53,709 nt of DNA from the IMG/VR virus record IMGVR_UViG_3300044999_000048, positions 1 to 53,709 of that record, one strand, 5' to 3'. The notes beneath the pieces are model-generated. The model had not been told where the DNA came from. It made no database searches and worked only from the letters and a program-made list of their open reading frames with translations. Each line of letters starts with the position of its first letter. Within the stretch, counting starts at the first letter, position 1. Of the stretch, positions 53,709 through 53,709 are shown in pieces. The stretch comes from a virus. Taxonomy: Duplodnaviria; Caudoviricetes. Position numbers and translations under genes: made by a program.

Positions 53709-53709
53709 C

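Noticed and set aside
1-53709. Genome-wide TAG-to-Gln recoding (genetic code 15)
   Set aside because: TAG terminates many genes at sensible positions (capsid, scaffold, lipoprotein, Cas7-like); long genes such as the 2955-aa ORF and terL have no internal TAG; no CTA tRNA seen.

Overview
Nearly the whole window is one stretch of a tailed dsDNA phage or prophage, coded almost entirely on the minus strand; no integrase or att site is visible. Right to left it carries small early genes, a tRNA/tRNA-like cluster, small and large terminase, portal, lysis genes (M15 endopeptidase), scaffold and a major capsid gene split by a group I intron encoding an HNH endonuclease. Next come adaptor, nozzle, GNAT and ejection-type genes (podovirus-like, no tape measure or sheath), a 2955-aa polyvalent protein (ParB-like plus SF2 helicase), a divergent regulatory switch and a recombination/replication block (annealing protein, SSB-like, UvrD). 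The standout is a stand-alone 202-aa Cas7/RAMP-like gene (3252-3860) flanked on both sides by non-coding arrays of 28-29 in-register GGY-NN pentamers. It is a candidate non-CRISPR RNA-guided system, matching my recollection of recently described viral VIPR systems. Other unexplained signals: 15 copies of the palindrome CTCCAAATTTGGAG (often overlapping ribosome-binding sites), two in-frame amber codons, two possible homopolymer frameshifts, two non-canonical CCA-ended RNAs, and several virion-module proteins with Sec signal peptides. All product calls come from motif recognition by eye, not database searches.
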